Of a DNA stretch of 64,000 nt, positions 1 to 9,736 are shown one piece after another. A program made the position numbers and the translations under genes. The notes under the pieces were generated by a model. It searched no databases and had not been told where the DNA came from. It saw only the letters and a program-made list of their open reading frames with translations. Origin of the DNA: Calditrichia bacterium. Lineage in GTDB: Bacteria > Calditrichota > Calditrichia > JAJRVZ01. Position 1 is the first letter of the stretch. The number at the start of each line of letters is the position of its first letter. The stretch spans positions 160,001-224,000 of the forward strand of contig CAVZSQ010000015.1 in the NCBI GenBank assembly GCA_963777955.1. The letters are read 5' to 3'.

Positions 1-2
1 TT

Positions 3-452
3 CTGGGCCGGACCACTGATACTTATGATCGTACAGGTACTACTGTCGGGGAAGGTAATTTAAACCAGTTTGATCGGGCGAAAGTGGAAGGGATTCTGCC
101 GGACTTTATCGGTGAAACCGAACAATATGCTCCGCCATTCAGCGCGAAAAAGATAGCAGGAGTACGGTTGTACAAATTAGCCAGAAAAGGCAAAACCGTC
201 ACAGTCAAACCGCATAAAATAATTATCGATCAGATAAAGATACTGGACTGGGATGGTTGTGAAGTGGAACTGTTTATCCAGTGCTCGACAGGAACTTATA
301 TACGCAGCCTGGCCCATGATATCGGAATCAAAACCGGTTATGGTGCCTGCGTTGGTGAACTGAGGCGTATTTCAGTGGATGGTTTTTCATTGGAACAGGC
401 GCTGCAAATATCCGAGTTCGAAAAATACTGGCATGGGCAGGATTTGAATTGA
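3..452 (+). CDS. truB: tRNA pseudouridine(55) synthase TruB, 5' truncated by window edge
   Basis: Frame open from position 3 (LGRTTDTYDRTG); motifs QYAPPFSAKKIAGVRLYKLAR and CSTGTYIRSLAHDIG; lies upstream of ribF-rpsO-pnp. Confidence 0.95.
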   Translation: MGRTTDTYDRTGTTVGEGNLNQFDRAKVEGILPDFIGETEQYAPPFSAKKIAGVRLYKLARKGKTVTVKPHKIIIDQIKILDWDGCEVELFIQCSTGTYIRSLAHDIGIKTGYGACVGELRRISVDGFSLEQALQISEFEKYWHGQDLN

Positions 453-462
453 TCAGAACGAT

Positions 463-1386
463 ATGCAGATAATTAAAAATCTGGAAACGATCCGGATGAG
501 CCAGACCACAACGGCTACTATCGGTACCTTCGATGGGGTTCATACGGGTCACCGCAAAATAATTGATGAAGTGATACGTTTAGCCCGTGCTGAAAATCAT
601 CTTTCGATTATCCTTACGTTCGAACCGCATCCCCGAACGGTAATCGGCCAGAAGTCAAATCAACCACTGACCCTGCTGACCACTTTCGGGGAAAAAATCA
701 ATATACTGCAGAATACCGGTATCGATCAGTTGATTATCATGCCGTTTACCCGTGAGTTCGCCGGAATGGAATATCAGGATTTCGTAAGAAACATTTTAGT
801 TGAAAAAGCAAGAGTGGCCTGGATCGTGGTAGGACATGATCACACTTTTGGTAAAAACCGCCGGGGAAACTTTGAGGCATTGCAGCGCTTGAGTCTGCAG
901 TACCGCTTCCGGGTGAAGGAGGTAGGACCGCAGCAGTACCAGGGTCAGACCGTCAGCAGCAGTCAAATCAGGGATTTACTGCTGGCCGGAGATGTAAGCA
1001 GAGCCGCAGCCATGCTTGGATATCCCTACTCCATGCAGGGGCGGGTTGTAACGGGTGCCGGGCGGGGCCGCAAACTTACTTTTGCCACGGCGAATATCGA
1101 ATTGCCCGATCCGCAGAAACTGATACCGGGCAATGGCGTGTATACGGTGGAATGCCGGATTAAGGATAAACTGTATCGCGGCATGGCCAATATAGGATTC
1201 AGGCCGACTTTCGGCGGAAATACCCGTACGGTTGAGGTGCATGTATTCGATTTTACCGATATAATTTACGGGGAGCAGATAGAGATTTCCTATCTCAAAC
1301 GATTGCGCGGAGAAATTAAGTTTAAAAATGAAACAGAGTTGATACGACAATTACAGCAAGATAAGATCAATAGTATTCAAAATTAA
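463..1386 (+). CDS. ribF: Bifunctional riboflavin kinase/FMN adenylyltransferase
   Basis: IGTFDGVHTGH, TFEPHP, VGHDHTFG, SSSQIR, GRGRKLTFATAN, NIGFRPTF, VEVH. Confidence 0.97.
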   Translation: MQIIKNLETIRMSQTTTATIGTFDGVHTGHRKIIDEVIRLARAENHLSIILTFEPHPRTVIGQKSNQPLTLLTTFGEKINILQNTGIDQLIIMPFTREFAGMEYQDFVRNILVEKARVAWIVVGHDHTFGKNRRGNFEALQRLSLQYRFRVKEVGPQQYQGQTVSSSQIRDLLLAGDVSRAAAMLGYPYSMQGRVVTGAGRGRKLTFATANIELPDPQKLIPGNGVYTVECRIKDKLYRGMANIGFRPTFGGNTRTVEVHVFDFTDIIYGEQIEISYLKRLRGEIKFKNETELIRQLQQDKINSIQN

Positions 1387-1410
1387 TAATATTTATTCAA
1401 GGAGCATATT

Positions 1411-1680
1411 ATGCCAATGACTCAGGAAAAAAAGCAAGAACTGATCAAGAAATTCGGAAAGGACGAAAAAGATTCCGGGAAGACCGAAGTACAGATTGCC
1501 TTGCTTACGGAACGCATTCAGTATTTAACGGAGCATTCAAAAATTAATACGAAGGATAATCATTCCCGCCGTGGTTTACTGCAACTGGTCGGTAAAAGAC
1601 GTCGTCTGCTTGATTACCTGGCCAAGAGAGATATTAACCGCTACCGGGAATTGATTAAAGATCTCGGGATCAGACGGTAG
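1411..1680 (+). CDS. rpsO: 30S ribosomal protein S15
   Basis: [16 protein letters not shown]...[30 protein letters not shown]. Confidence 0.99.
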   Translation: MPMTQEKKQELIKKFGKDEKDSGKTEVQIALLTERIQYLTEHSKINTKDNHSRRGLLQLVGKRRRLLDYLAKRDINRYRELIKDLGIRR

Positions 1681-1694
1681 GGAAAGGGTAAAAA

Positions 1695-3788
1695 ATGATA
1701 GTTACAAAATCCGTTCCAATAGGTAAACAGAACTTAATCATTGAAACCGGCCGTCTGGCGCGTCAGGCCGATGGTGCAGTGACTGTTCGTTACGGGGACA
1801 CGATGGTCCTGGTAACGGTGGTGGCTGAAACTGAAGCCAGGGAACAGGCTGATTTTCTCCCGTTGAGTGTGGAATACCGGGAAAAAACTTATGCTGCCGG
1901 GAAAATACCGGGGGGATTTTTTAAAAGAGAAGGTAGACCTTCCGAAAAAGAAATTCTTTCGGCGCGGTTAATCGACCGTCCGCTGCGCCCGCTGTTTCCG
2001 GAAAATTATCGCTGCGAAACACAAATCATGGCGACTATTATTTCAATGGATAAAGATAATGATGCCGACGTGCTGGCCGCGGTCGGCGCTTCGACAGCAT
2101 TATGTATTTCAGACATTCCTTTCAGCACTCCGATCGCCTCTGTACGGGTCGGAAAACATAACGGTCAATTGATTGTCAATCCCACCCTCAGCGAAGTCGA
2201 GCAATGCACTCTGGAAATTGTGGTTGCCGGCAGTGAAGAATCCATCGTGATGGTGGAAGGGGAGGCCCGCGAGGTCAGCGAAAGTGAACTTCTGGAAGCA
2301 ATTCAATTTGCGCATGGTGAAATTATTAAAATTGTGCAATTACAGAAAGAGTTGGTGCAGCAAGTCGGAAAAGCCAAACGGCCGATTGTCGTTCCGGAAA
2401 TCCCGGCAGGCCTTACGGCACAGGTCGAACAAACAGGCCGGCCCGGAATAAAAGAAGCCATACGCATCCGCGAGAAAAAGGAACGGCGCACGGCGATTAA
2501 CACTTTAACCGCTGAATTAATAAAGGCGACGGAAACAGAATTTCCGGAAAGCGAAATGCTGGTCAGGGACTTATTATATAATATCGAGAAAGAAGAAACC
2601 CGCAGCATGATGCTGGGCGAAGCGATCAGGCTGGACGGCCGCAGGGAGAATGAAATCCGGCCAATCAGTTGTGAAGTCGCCTATTTGCCGCGTGCCCATG
2701 GATCGGCTCTGTTCACCCGTGGTCAGACCCAGTCACTGGGGACTGCTACGCTGGGTACCAAGATGGATGAGCAACTAATCGATGCCCTGGAAGGTGAAAG
2801 TTATAAAGCGTATATGTTGCATTATAATTTTCCTCCTTTTTCCACAGGAGAAGTTAAACCCCTGCGGGGTACCAGCCGTCGTGAGGTCGGACATGGCAAT
2901 TTAGCTGAACGCTCCTTTAAACCCATTTTACCCTCGGAAACGGATTTTCCTTATACCATCCGCATCGTATCGGACATACTGGAATCCAATGGTTCTTCCT
3001 CGATGGCCACCGTTTGTTCTGGTTCGCTGGCCTTGATGGATGCGGGCATACCCGTCCGTACCGCCGTGGCCGGTATTGCCATGGGACTGATCAAGGAAGA
3101 CAATAAGACCATGATCTTATCGGATATTCTGGGCGACGAGGATCATCTCGGAGACATGGATTTTAAAGTTGCCGGCACCGACCAGGGGGTCACAGCCGTG
3201 CAAATGGATATAAAGGTCAAGGGACTCTCGTATGAAATTCTGGCTACTGCGCTGGAACGGGCCAGAGACGGCCGCTTGCATATTTTGCAGATCATGAATC
3301 AGACCTTGGCTGCTCCCCGAAAAGAATTATCACGCCTGGCTCCCCGGATTGAGATCATTCGTCTGCCGATTGATAAGATCGGCATTGTTATCGGTCCCGG
3401 CGGCAAAACCATCAAGAGTATTATTGATCAAACCGGGGTTAAAATTGATATTGAACCCGATGGCAGCACGGTGATCGCTTCCGAGCAGGTGGAAAATCTG
3501 GAACGGGCCAAGAATATGATCATGTTGCTGATCAAAGAACCGGAAATCGGAGAATATTATAAAGGTGTAGTCAGAAGAATAACCGCTTTCGGTGCTTTCG
3601 TGGAAATAGCACCCGGAAAAGAAGGGCTGATCCATATTTCGGAAATGGACATCGGTCGTGTCAATAAGATCACCGATATAGTGAATGTGGGCGATAGTGT
3701 CGAGGTACTGGTCAAAAAGATCGATGCAGAAGGTAAGATCGGCTTAAGCAGAAAAGAGTTTTTATTAAAAAATTCCAAGAAGGATTAG
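1695..3788 (+). CDS. pnp: Polyribonucleotide nucleotidyltransferase
   Basis: ETGRLARQADG, RAHGSALFTRGQTQ, ESNGSSSMA, EDHLGDMDFKVAGT; KH and S1 domains. Confidence 0.99.
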   Translation: MIVTKSVPIGKQNLIIETGRLARQADGAVTVRYGDTMVLVTVVAETEAREQADFLPLSVEYREKTYAAGKIPGGFFKREGRPSEKEILSARLIDRPLRPLFPENYRCETQIMATIISMDKDNDADVLAAVGASTALCISDIPFSTPIASVRVGKHNGQLIVNPTLSEVEQCTLEIVVAGSEESIVMVEGEAREVSESELLEAIQFAHGEIIKIVQLQKELVQQVGKAKRPIVVPEIPAGLTAQVEQTGRPGIKEAIRIREKKERRTAINTLTAELIKATETEFPESEMLVRDLLYNIEKEETRSMMLGEAIRLDGRRENEIRPISCEVAYLPRAHGSALFTRGQTQSLGTATLGTKMDEQLIDALEGESYKAYMLHYNFPPFSTGEVKPLRGTSRREVGHGNLAERSFKPILPSETDFPYTIRIVSDILESNGSSSMATVCSGSLALMDAGIPVRTAVAGIAMGLIKEDNKTMILSDILGDEDHLGDMDFKVAGTDQGVTAVQMDIKVKGLSYEILATALERARDGRLHILQIMNQTLAAPRKELSRLAPRIEIIRLPIDKIGIVIGPGGKTIKSIIDQTGVKIDIEPDGSTVIASEQVENLERAKNMIMLLIKEPEIGEYYKGVVRRITAFGAFVEIAPGKEGLIHISEMDIGRVNKITDIVNVGDSVEVLVKKIDAEGKIGLSRKEFLLKNSKKD

Positions 3789-3809
3789 CAGATTTTCGGC
3801 TGAACCGGC

Positions 3810-5063
3810 GTGAAAACAGTACATAACTATAAACATAATTCTTACCATAAAACCGTTCTGGATAACGGACTGACGATTATCAGCGAAAAGATAGATTCAG
3901 TCCGTTCTGTAACCGTTGGGATCTGGGTTAAAATTGGCAGTCGTTTTGAAAAGGTCAGGGAAAATGGGATTTCCCATTTTCTGGAGCATATGATCTTCAA
4001 AGGAACACCTAAACGGACGCCTTTTAAAATAGCCCGGAGTTTGGAATCATTAGGTGGCACACTTAATGCCTTCACCGGCAAGGAAGTGACCTGTTATTTC
4101 GCCAATACACGGGATCGCGATCTTCGTCAGGTCATTGAAATTCTGAGTGATATTATCTGCCATTCGGTTTTTCCCGAGAAAGAAATCGGGAAAGAACAGA
4201 TGGTTATTCTGGAAGAGATCAAATCGATCAAGGATACACCCGAAGAGTATATTTTTGATATCTTCAGTGAACAGATTTTTCCCGACCAGGCGCTGGGCTG
4301 GCCTGTGATCGGACGTGAAGAAAATATCATTCGCTTTAACCGGGAGGTCACCCTTGATTTCTGGAACAGGCATTATAATCCGAAAGAGATAATCATTTCT
4401 GCAGCAGGGAATTTGGAGCATCAGCATCTGGTTGACCTGATTCAAAAATATTTTACTCTGAACGGCAAAAAAAACAGAAAACTGCATACACCGGCAAAAG
4501 CCGCCAGTTCAAAATGTTTTATTTTTAATCAGCCGGTCAACCAGGCTCATATCTGCCTTGGCGGAAAAAGTTGTTCGTATCTGTCAGCCGACCGCTTAGC
4601 GGTACAGTTTATAAGTATTTATTTAGGCGGCGGGATGAGTTCCTGTTTATTTCAAAAATTGCGCGAGAAAAAAGGATTGGTATATAATGTATACTCATTC
4701 ATTGATTTCTTTTCTGATATCGGGGTCCTGGGAGTCTATGCCGCGGCCGATCCGAAAAAACTGAATACCGTTCAGCAATTGCTGCTTGAAGAAATGAAAT
4801 TGCTGTGTAAAAATTCCATCTCAACCAAAAATATCAAAATGGTTAAAGAACAATTAAAAGGCAGTTTTGTTCTGTCGCTGGAGAGTACCTCCAGCCGGAT
4901 GTCCAAACTGGCCAAAAATGAATTGTATTTTGGAGAATATATTTCCGTTGATACTCTGTTACAGCAGATTGACCGTGTCAGCACTGCAGAGATTGAACAG
5001 GCGATTCAAAAATATGTTTGCCCGTCAAATTTTGTTACAGTCATACTTCAACCGGCCCATTAA
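3810..5063 (+). CDS. M16 (pitrilysin) family zinc peptidase
   Basis: Inverted zinc motif HFLEH in GISHFLEHMIFKGT, NAFT, LGGGMSS; usual neighbour of pnp. Confidence 0.93.
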   Translation: MKTVHNYKHNSYHKTVLDNGLTIISEKIDSVRSVTVGIWVKIGSRFEKVRENGISHFLEHMIFKGTPKRTPFKIARSLESLGGTLNAFTGKEVTCYFANTRDRDLRQVIEILSDIICHSVFPEKEIGKEQMVILEEIKSIKDTPEEYIFDIFSEQIFPDQALGWPVIGREENIIRFNREVTLDFWNRHYNPKEIIISAAGNLEHQHLVDLIQKYFTLNGKKNRKLHTPAKAASSKCFIFNQPVNQAHICLGGKSCSYLSADRLAVQFISIYLGGGMSSCLFQKLREKKGLVYNVYSFIDFFSDIGVLGVYAAADPKKLNTVQQLLLEEMKLLCKNSISTKNIKMVKEQLKGSFVLSLESTSSRMSKLAKNELYFGEYISVDTLLQQIDRVSTAEIEQAIQKYVCPSNFVTVILQPAH

Positions 5064-5077
5064 GCGATCTGATAATT

Positions 5078-6205
5078 ATGAATATCGGCATTTTACGTGG
5101 AATAAAATTTCTGGAACCGCGGGTGGCTTTGATCCCAGCCGATGTCAAAAAATTGGTCGAAGCCGGGCATAATGTTTACGTGGAAAACGGCGCCGGGATC
5201 ATGAGTAATCATGATGACTATGAATATGAGAGTGTCGGCGCAGAAGTATTACCAACATCTGAAAAAGTATATGATGTCGCTAACTTGATTTGCAAAGTGC
5301 AAAATCCCATGTCGGTAGAATTCGAATCACTTGCTGCTGATCATATCTGCATCTCTTTTTTAAATCTGGCCGATAATGTTGATTTATTGAAAGCCCTGTT
5401 AAAAACGAATTCAACCTTTATCGCCAGCGAAATGATCGGCAATCCGGAACGCGGCTTTCCAATTTTCGATGCCATGAATGAAATCGCCGGAAAACTGGCT
5501 ATTATCGAAGCAGGGCAGTACCTGCAGCAAAATTACGGCGGTAAAGGCATCCTGTTGATGGGCACCAATCTGACTAATCCCGCCCACCTGCTTATTTTAG
5601 GTTCGGGAGTAAGTGCTCAATCGGCAGCCAGCTGGGCTTTGCTCAACCAGGCACACGTGATCATGATTGATAGTGATTTTGATAATCTTCGCCAGTTCCA
5701 ACAGAGTCAGAATAATAAGAATTTAACGATTCATGAATATTCACCGGTAATCCTGCGGGAATTATTGCTGGAAGTTGATGTTTTGATCGCTGCTAAAAAT
5801 ACGGCAGGACTTAAATCACCCATTCTGGTAACCCAGGCCGATCTTAAATTGCTAAAGCCGGGCAGCCTGGTTATCGATCTGGCTATCGATCAGGGCGGCT
5901 GCCTGGAAACTTCCCGTCCCACCACTGCGGCCAAACCAGTCTTTATTCAGGATAAAATTTTACATTTTTGCGTCAGCCCGCTATCCGCTGTTGTCCCTCA
6001 TACCTCCAGCGCAGTATACTCGACACTGTTGTTACCTTATGTGAAAGCAATTGCTGACCTGGGCTGCCGGGAAGCAGTAGCGGTCAATTCCGATTTGCGC
6101 AATGGTCTTAACATATACCAGGGCAAACTGGTCAATCCGGTTCTGGCCGATACTTTTCACCTGCAAGGCTATGATATACTCGAATTATTCGAAATGATTA
6201 TTTAG
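5078..6205 (+). CDS. Alanine dehydrogenase-like protein with divergent active site
   Basis: EPRVALIP, VYVENGAG, MNEIAGK, GGKGILL, IDLAIDQGGCLETSRPTT; start moved to ATG 5078 (MNIGILRG) to match the family N-terminus. Confidence 0.85.
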   Translation: MNIGILRGIKFLEPRVALIPADVKKLVEAGHNVYVENGAGIMSNHDDYEYESVGAEVLPTSEKVYDVANLICKVQNPMSVEFESLAADHICISFLNLADNVDLLKALLKTNSTFIASEMIGNPERGFPIFDAMNEIAGKLAIIEAGQYLQQNYGGKGILLMGTNLTNPAHLLILGSGVSAQSAASWALLNQAHVIMIDSDFDNLRQFQQSQNNKNLTIHEYSPVILRELLLEVDVLIAAKNTAGLKSPILVTQADLKLLKPGSLVIDLAIDQGGCLETSRPTTAAKPVFIQDKILHFCVSPLSAVVPHTSSAVYSTLLLPYVKAIADLGCREAVAVNSDLRNGLNIYQGKLVNPVLADTFHLQGYDILELFEMII

Positions 6206-6206
6206 T

Positions 6207-6984
6207 ATGTTTTCCATCCCCATCCTGACTTACCATAAGATTTCTTATCAAAAAGAATTCGGCCTGACCACCATCAATCCTGATATATTTAAAGTACAAC
6301 TTGAAATATTAAAAAATCAACAGTATCGCTCGAAGATTTTTAAAGATTTAGACGAAAGCAATACCGGGACTGCACTCAATTTGATTCTGACCTTTGATGA
6401 CGGTTACGAATCGGTTTATCAGCATGCATTTCCGCTCATGCAGGAATTGAATTTCAAGGGTGTAATTTTCATAATTACCGATTATATAAGTAAAAAGAAT
6501 GATTGGGAATCATATCCGATTTTGAGAAAATTCACCCACCTGAGCAGTGAGCAAATTGTCGAACTTCACCGGGCTGGTTTCGAAATCGGTTCACATTCCA
6601 GGCGTCATCTATATTTAAGCAATAAACCGGACAGGATTTTAAAGACAGAAATAGAAGATTCGAAGAAACATATTGAAGATCTGACTGGAGCTGTGGTACG
6701 GTCTTTCTGTTACCCCTTTGGCCGTTATAACCAACGGGTGGTGGACTTTGTGCGGGAGGCCGGTTATAAATATGCTCTGGGCAGGACACTATATGATCCG
6801 CAATACGGCAAATGATCCCTGGCATTTGACACGGCGGACCATTTATTCGCTGGATGGGACGAAATCTTTTTTAACCAAGGTCACCGCGGCGAAATCAGCT
6901 CGGGGTAGTTTTATAGCAGAATGGATTATTCAACAGGGTGCTTTGATTAATATCTTCCGACAAAACTTGAATAAATATGATTGA
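6207..6984 (+). CDS. Polysaccharide deacetylase (CE4/NodB), frameshifted near 6780
   Basis: PILTYH, LTFDDGY, FEIGSHS, FCYPFGRY; C-terminus continues in the frame of ORF 6718..6984. Confidence 0.8.
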
Positions 6985-7052
6985 ACATATTTTTATTGCA
7001 TCCAGTCTATTAAAATGTATATTTTAAGTTAAACTTTAAATATAAAACTATT

Positions 7053-7400
7053 ATGAAAGATGACAGATTATCCATCGGCAGAGTAAGCCAGATGGTAAAA
7101 TTACCATCGTCGGTTTTACGTTATTGGGAATCGGTTTTTGAACAACTGAAACCGGAGAAGACTCCGGGTGGAACCAGAAAATATACCATGCAGGATGTGC
7201 AGGAAATCATGAAAATAAAGGATCTCCTGTATAATAAAAAATATACTATTGCCGGAGCCAAGGTTGAATTGCAGCATGGACCGCCAGCAAAAATTTCGGG
7301 GGAAGATAATACTCTGCGCGATTACGTGGTCACCGAATTGGAGAACATTATCCATGATCTGGACCATGGGCCTGAACGGCACCGGCAGAAAAAGAAATGA
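7053..7400 (+). CDS. MerR family transcriptional regulator
   Basis: SIGRVSQMVKLPSSVLRYWES...GGTRKY...LLYNKKYTIAGAK; MerR followed by tRNA-Pro(GGG) is a widespread arrangement. Confidence 0.9.
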   Translation: MKDDRLSIGRVSQMVKLPSSVLRYWESVFEQLKPEKTPGGTRKYTMQDVQEIMKIKDLLYNKKYTIAGAKVELQHGPPAKISGEDNTLRDYVVTELENIIHDLDHGPERHRQKKK

Positions 7401-7470
7401 GGTGTCCGGCCTGCAGGCACTTCCTTGATTTTCTTGTACCTGGCAATTAAATTAAACCAGTTAGTCCGAA

Positions 7471-7544
7471 CGGAGCGTAGCGCAGTCTGGTAGCGCACTT
7501 GAATGGGGTTCAAGGGGTCGCTGGTTCAAATCCAGTCGCTCCGA
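7471..7544 (+). tRNA. tRNA-Pro(GGG)
   Basis: Acceptor CGGAGCG/CGCTCCG, anticodon arm CTTGA-AT-GGG-GT-TCAAG, T-loop GGTTCAAATCC; CCA not encoded. Confidence 0.97.
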
Positions 7545-7551
7545 CAATGAT

Positions 7552-7578
7552 GGGGATTTACAACAAATCCCCTTTTTT
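7552..7578 (+). terminator. Rho-independent terminator after tRNA-Pro
   Basis: GGGGATTT-acaac-AAATCCCC followed by T6. Confidence 0.8.
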
Positions 7579-7590
7579 ATAGAACTGAAA

Positions 7591-8304
7591 ATGTTTTCAT
7601 ATCAAGTCTTAATACCAGCATATAACGCTGCCAAAACGTTGCCGGCACTGCTCGGACAATTGGAGGAGTTGCCGCAAAAACCCACCGGCATCCTGGTAAT
7701 TGATGATGGTTCGACGGATTCGACCGGTGCCGTGGCTGCAGGCGGGAATGCACAGGTGCATCGCTTCTCCTGCAATCAGGGTAAAGGAAAAGCGCTGCGG
7801 CAGGGATTTGAAATGCTCAGGGATGATCAGCAGGCAGGATACATCGTCTGCCTGGATGCGGATTTACAACATCCGGTCAGTTCCATACCGGTCATGCTCA
7901 CAGCAGCAGAAAAACTGCAGAGCCGTTTTATGATCGGTGTCAGGCCACGTTCCTCATCCAGCATGCCGCTGTCGCGGCGATTGTCGAATTCTATTACCTC
8001 CAGGGTGATTTCGTTGCTGAGCGGACAAAAAATCATGGATAGTCAATGCGGGTTCCGGCTGGTGGCTAAAAATGTACTCAGGGAAATATCACTCTCTGAA
8101 AATGGTTTTCAATTAGAAAGTGAAATGCTGTTGCGGGTGGCCGCCAGAAAAATCAGAATTGATCAGGTACCCATTCCGACAATTTATAATTCGGCAGGTT
8201 CGCATATTCATCATGTGCAGGATACCATCAGATTTATAGTTTTAATAATTAAAGAAATCGGACACCGTTTAAGATGGAATTTTCAAAGCAAAAAGCAGAT
8301 ATGA
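7591..8304 (+). CDS. Glycosyltransferase family 2 (DPM1-like)
   Basis: LIPAYN, IDDGSTD, NQGKGKAL, DADLQH, DSQCGFR. Confidence 0.92.
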   Translation: MFSYQVLIPAYNAAKTLPALLGQLEELPQKPTGILVIDDGSTDSTGAVAAGGNAQVHRFSCNQGKGKALRQGFEMLRDDQQAGYIVCLDADLQHPVSSIPVMLTAAEKLQSRFMIGVRPRSSSSMPLSRRLSNSITSRVISLLSGQKIMDSQCGFRLVAKNVLREISLSENGFQLESEMLLRVAARKIRIDQVPIPTIYNSAGSHIHHVQDTIRFIVLIIKEIGHRLRWNFQSKKQI

Positions 8305-8903
8305 TTGAGCGTTTGATGGCTCAGGGTATAAAAGATCCCCTGGTACTGCGGGCACTCGATACTGTACCCAGGGAAAAATTTGTACCCGTTGCTTTTATGC
8401 ATAAATCTTATGCTGAAGAGGCTTTACCGATCGGTTTCGGGCAAACCATATCGCATCCGTATACGGTCGCCAGAATGACCGAACTGCTGGCGGTAAGCAA
8501 CGGTATGAGAGTTCTGGAGATCGGTACCGGTTCTGGTTATCAGAGTGCAGTTTTGTGCGAACTGGGAGTGCAGTTGTACTCAATCGAAATCAACCGGACC
8601 CTGGCCCAGCGTGCTCAGAAAATTTTACAGCAACAAAAATATTATTGTGCTGCCAGAAGCGGCGATGGTAACCTGGGCTGGCCGGCCATGGCCCCCTTCG
8701 ATGCCATTATTTTTACGGCCGGGGCTGCGGCCATACCGGAACGTATTACGGGCCAATTAAAAGAGCAGGGGAGATTGCTCATTCCCCTGGGGAGCGGGCA
8801 GGAGAAAATACTGACTCTTTATCTGCAGGCCGGAGGAAAACTCGAATCACTGGCCAGAGAAAAATTTATTTTTGTCGAATTAAAGCAGCAGCAATCCGAC
8901 TGA
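8274..8903 (+). CDS. pcm: Protein-L-isoaspartate O-methyltransferase
   Basis: VPREKFVP, LPIGFGQTISHP, VLEIGTGSGYQ, APFDAIIFTAG. Confidence 0.95.
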   Translation: MEFSKQKADMIERLMAQGIKDPLVLRALDTVPREKFVPVAFMHKSYAEEALPIGFGQTISHPYTVARMTELLAVSNGMRVLEIGTGSGYQSAVLCELGVQLYSIEINRTLAQRAQKILQQQKYYCAARSGDGNLGWPAMAPFDAIIFTAGAAAIPERITGQLKEQGRLLIPLGSGQEKILTLYLQAGGKLESLAREKFIFVELKQQQSD

Positions 8904-8949
8904 AAAATTTATGGACAGGATAGTTTAACGGGTAGAGGAAAGACAGCGT

Positions 8950-9579
8950 ATGGGCATAACGGAGATTTTAATAGAAAAAATTGTCAGTTTTATTGATAGC
9001 ACCGGCTATAGCAGTGTGGCTTTCTTAATGATGCTGGAAAGTATGGTAGCCCCGGTTCCCAGTGAAGCCGTATTGCCTTTTGCCGGATTCCTGGTAGCCA
9101 GCGGCAGATTTACGTTTTGGGGCGTAACACTGGCCAGTACCGGCGGCAGCATAGTAGGATCCTGGTTATCCTATCTGATGGGTTATTATGGCGGGAGACC
9201 GCTGATAAATAAATTCGGGAGATATCTTTTACTTAATCAGCATGATCTGGAGGTAACGGAGCGTTTTTTTAACAAGCACGGATCATGGGCAATCTTTGTG
9301 GCCCGGTTTATACCAGTGATCAGGCATCTGATCTCTATTCCGGCAGGTATCGGCAGGATGAAATGGCTGCCTTTTACGATTTACACAACCATCGGTGCCG
9401 CTCTGTGGAATATGTTTCTTACCTGGCTGGGGTATCATTTACGGAACCACTGGGATCTGATCCAGCGCTACAGTAAACCGATTGATATTATCATGCTGAT
9501 CCTGCTGATCGCAGCCCTGGTCTATTTCATCCGTTCGCACCTGCGCTATAATAGACAAGGGTCAAATTCAGCTGAGTGA
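8950..9579 (+). CDS. DedA family membrane protein
   Basis: LESMVAPVPSE, ARFIPVIRHLISIPAG. Confidence 0.93.
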   Translation: MGITEILIEKIVSFIDSTGYSSVAFLMMLESMVAPVPSEAVLPFAGFLVASGRFTFWGVTLASTGGSIVGSWLSYLMGYYGGRPLINKFGRYLLLNQHDLEVTERFFNKHGSWAIFVARFIPVIRHLISIPAGIGRMKWLPFTIYTTIGAALWNMFLTWLGYHLRNHWDLIQRYSKPIDIIMLILLIAALVYFIRSHLRYNRQGSNSAE

Positions 9580-9631
9580 ATTGATTTATAGATTTTGATT
9601 CCTTAAATTCTGAAATTTGAATCAACTTTTT

Positions 9632-9707
<76 letters not shown>

Positions 9708-9736
9708 ATTTTTTGCGGATGCAGGAGCAGTTCAGA

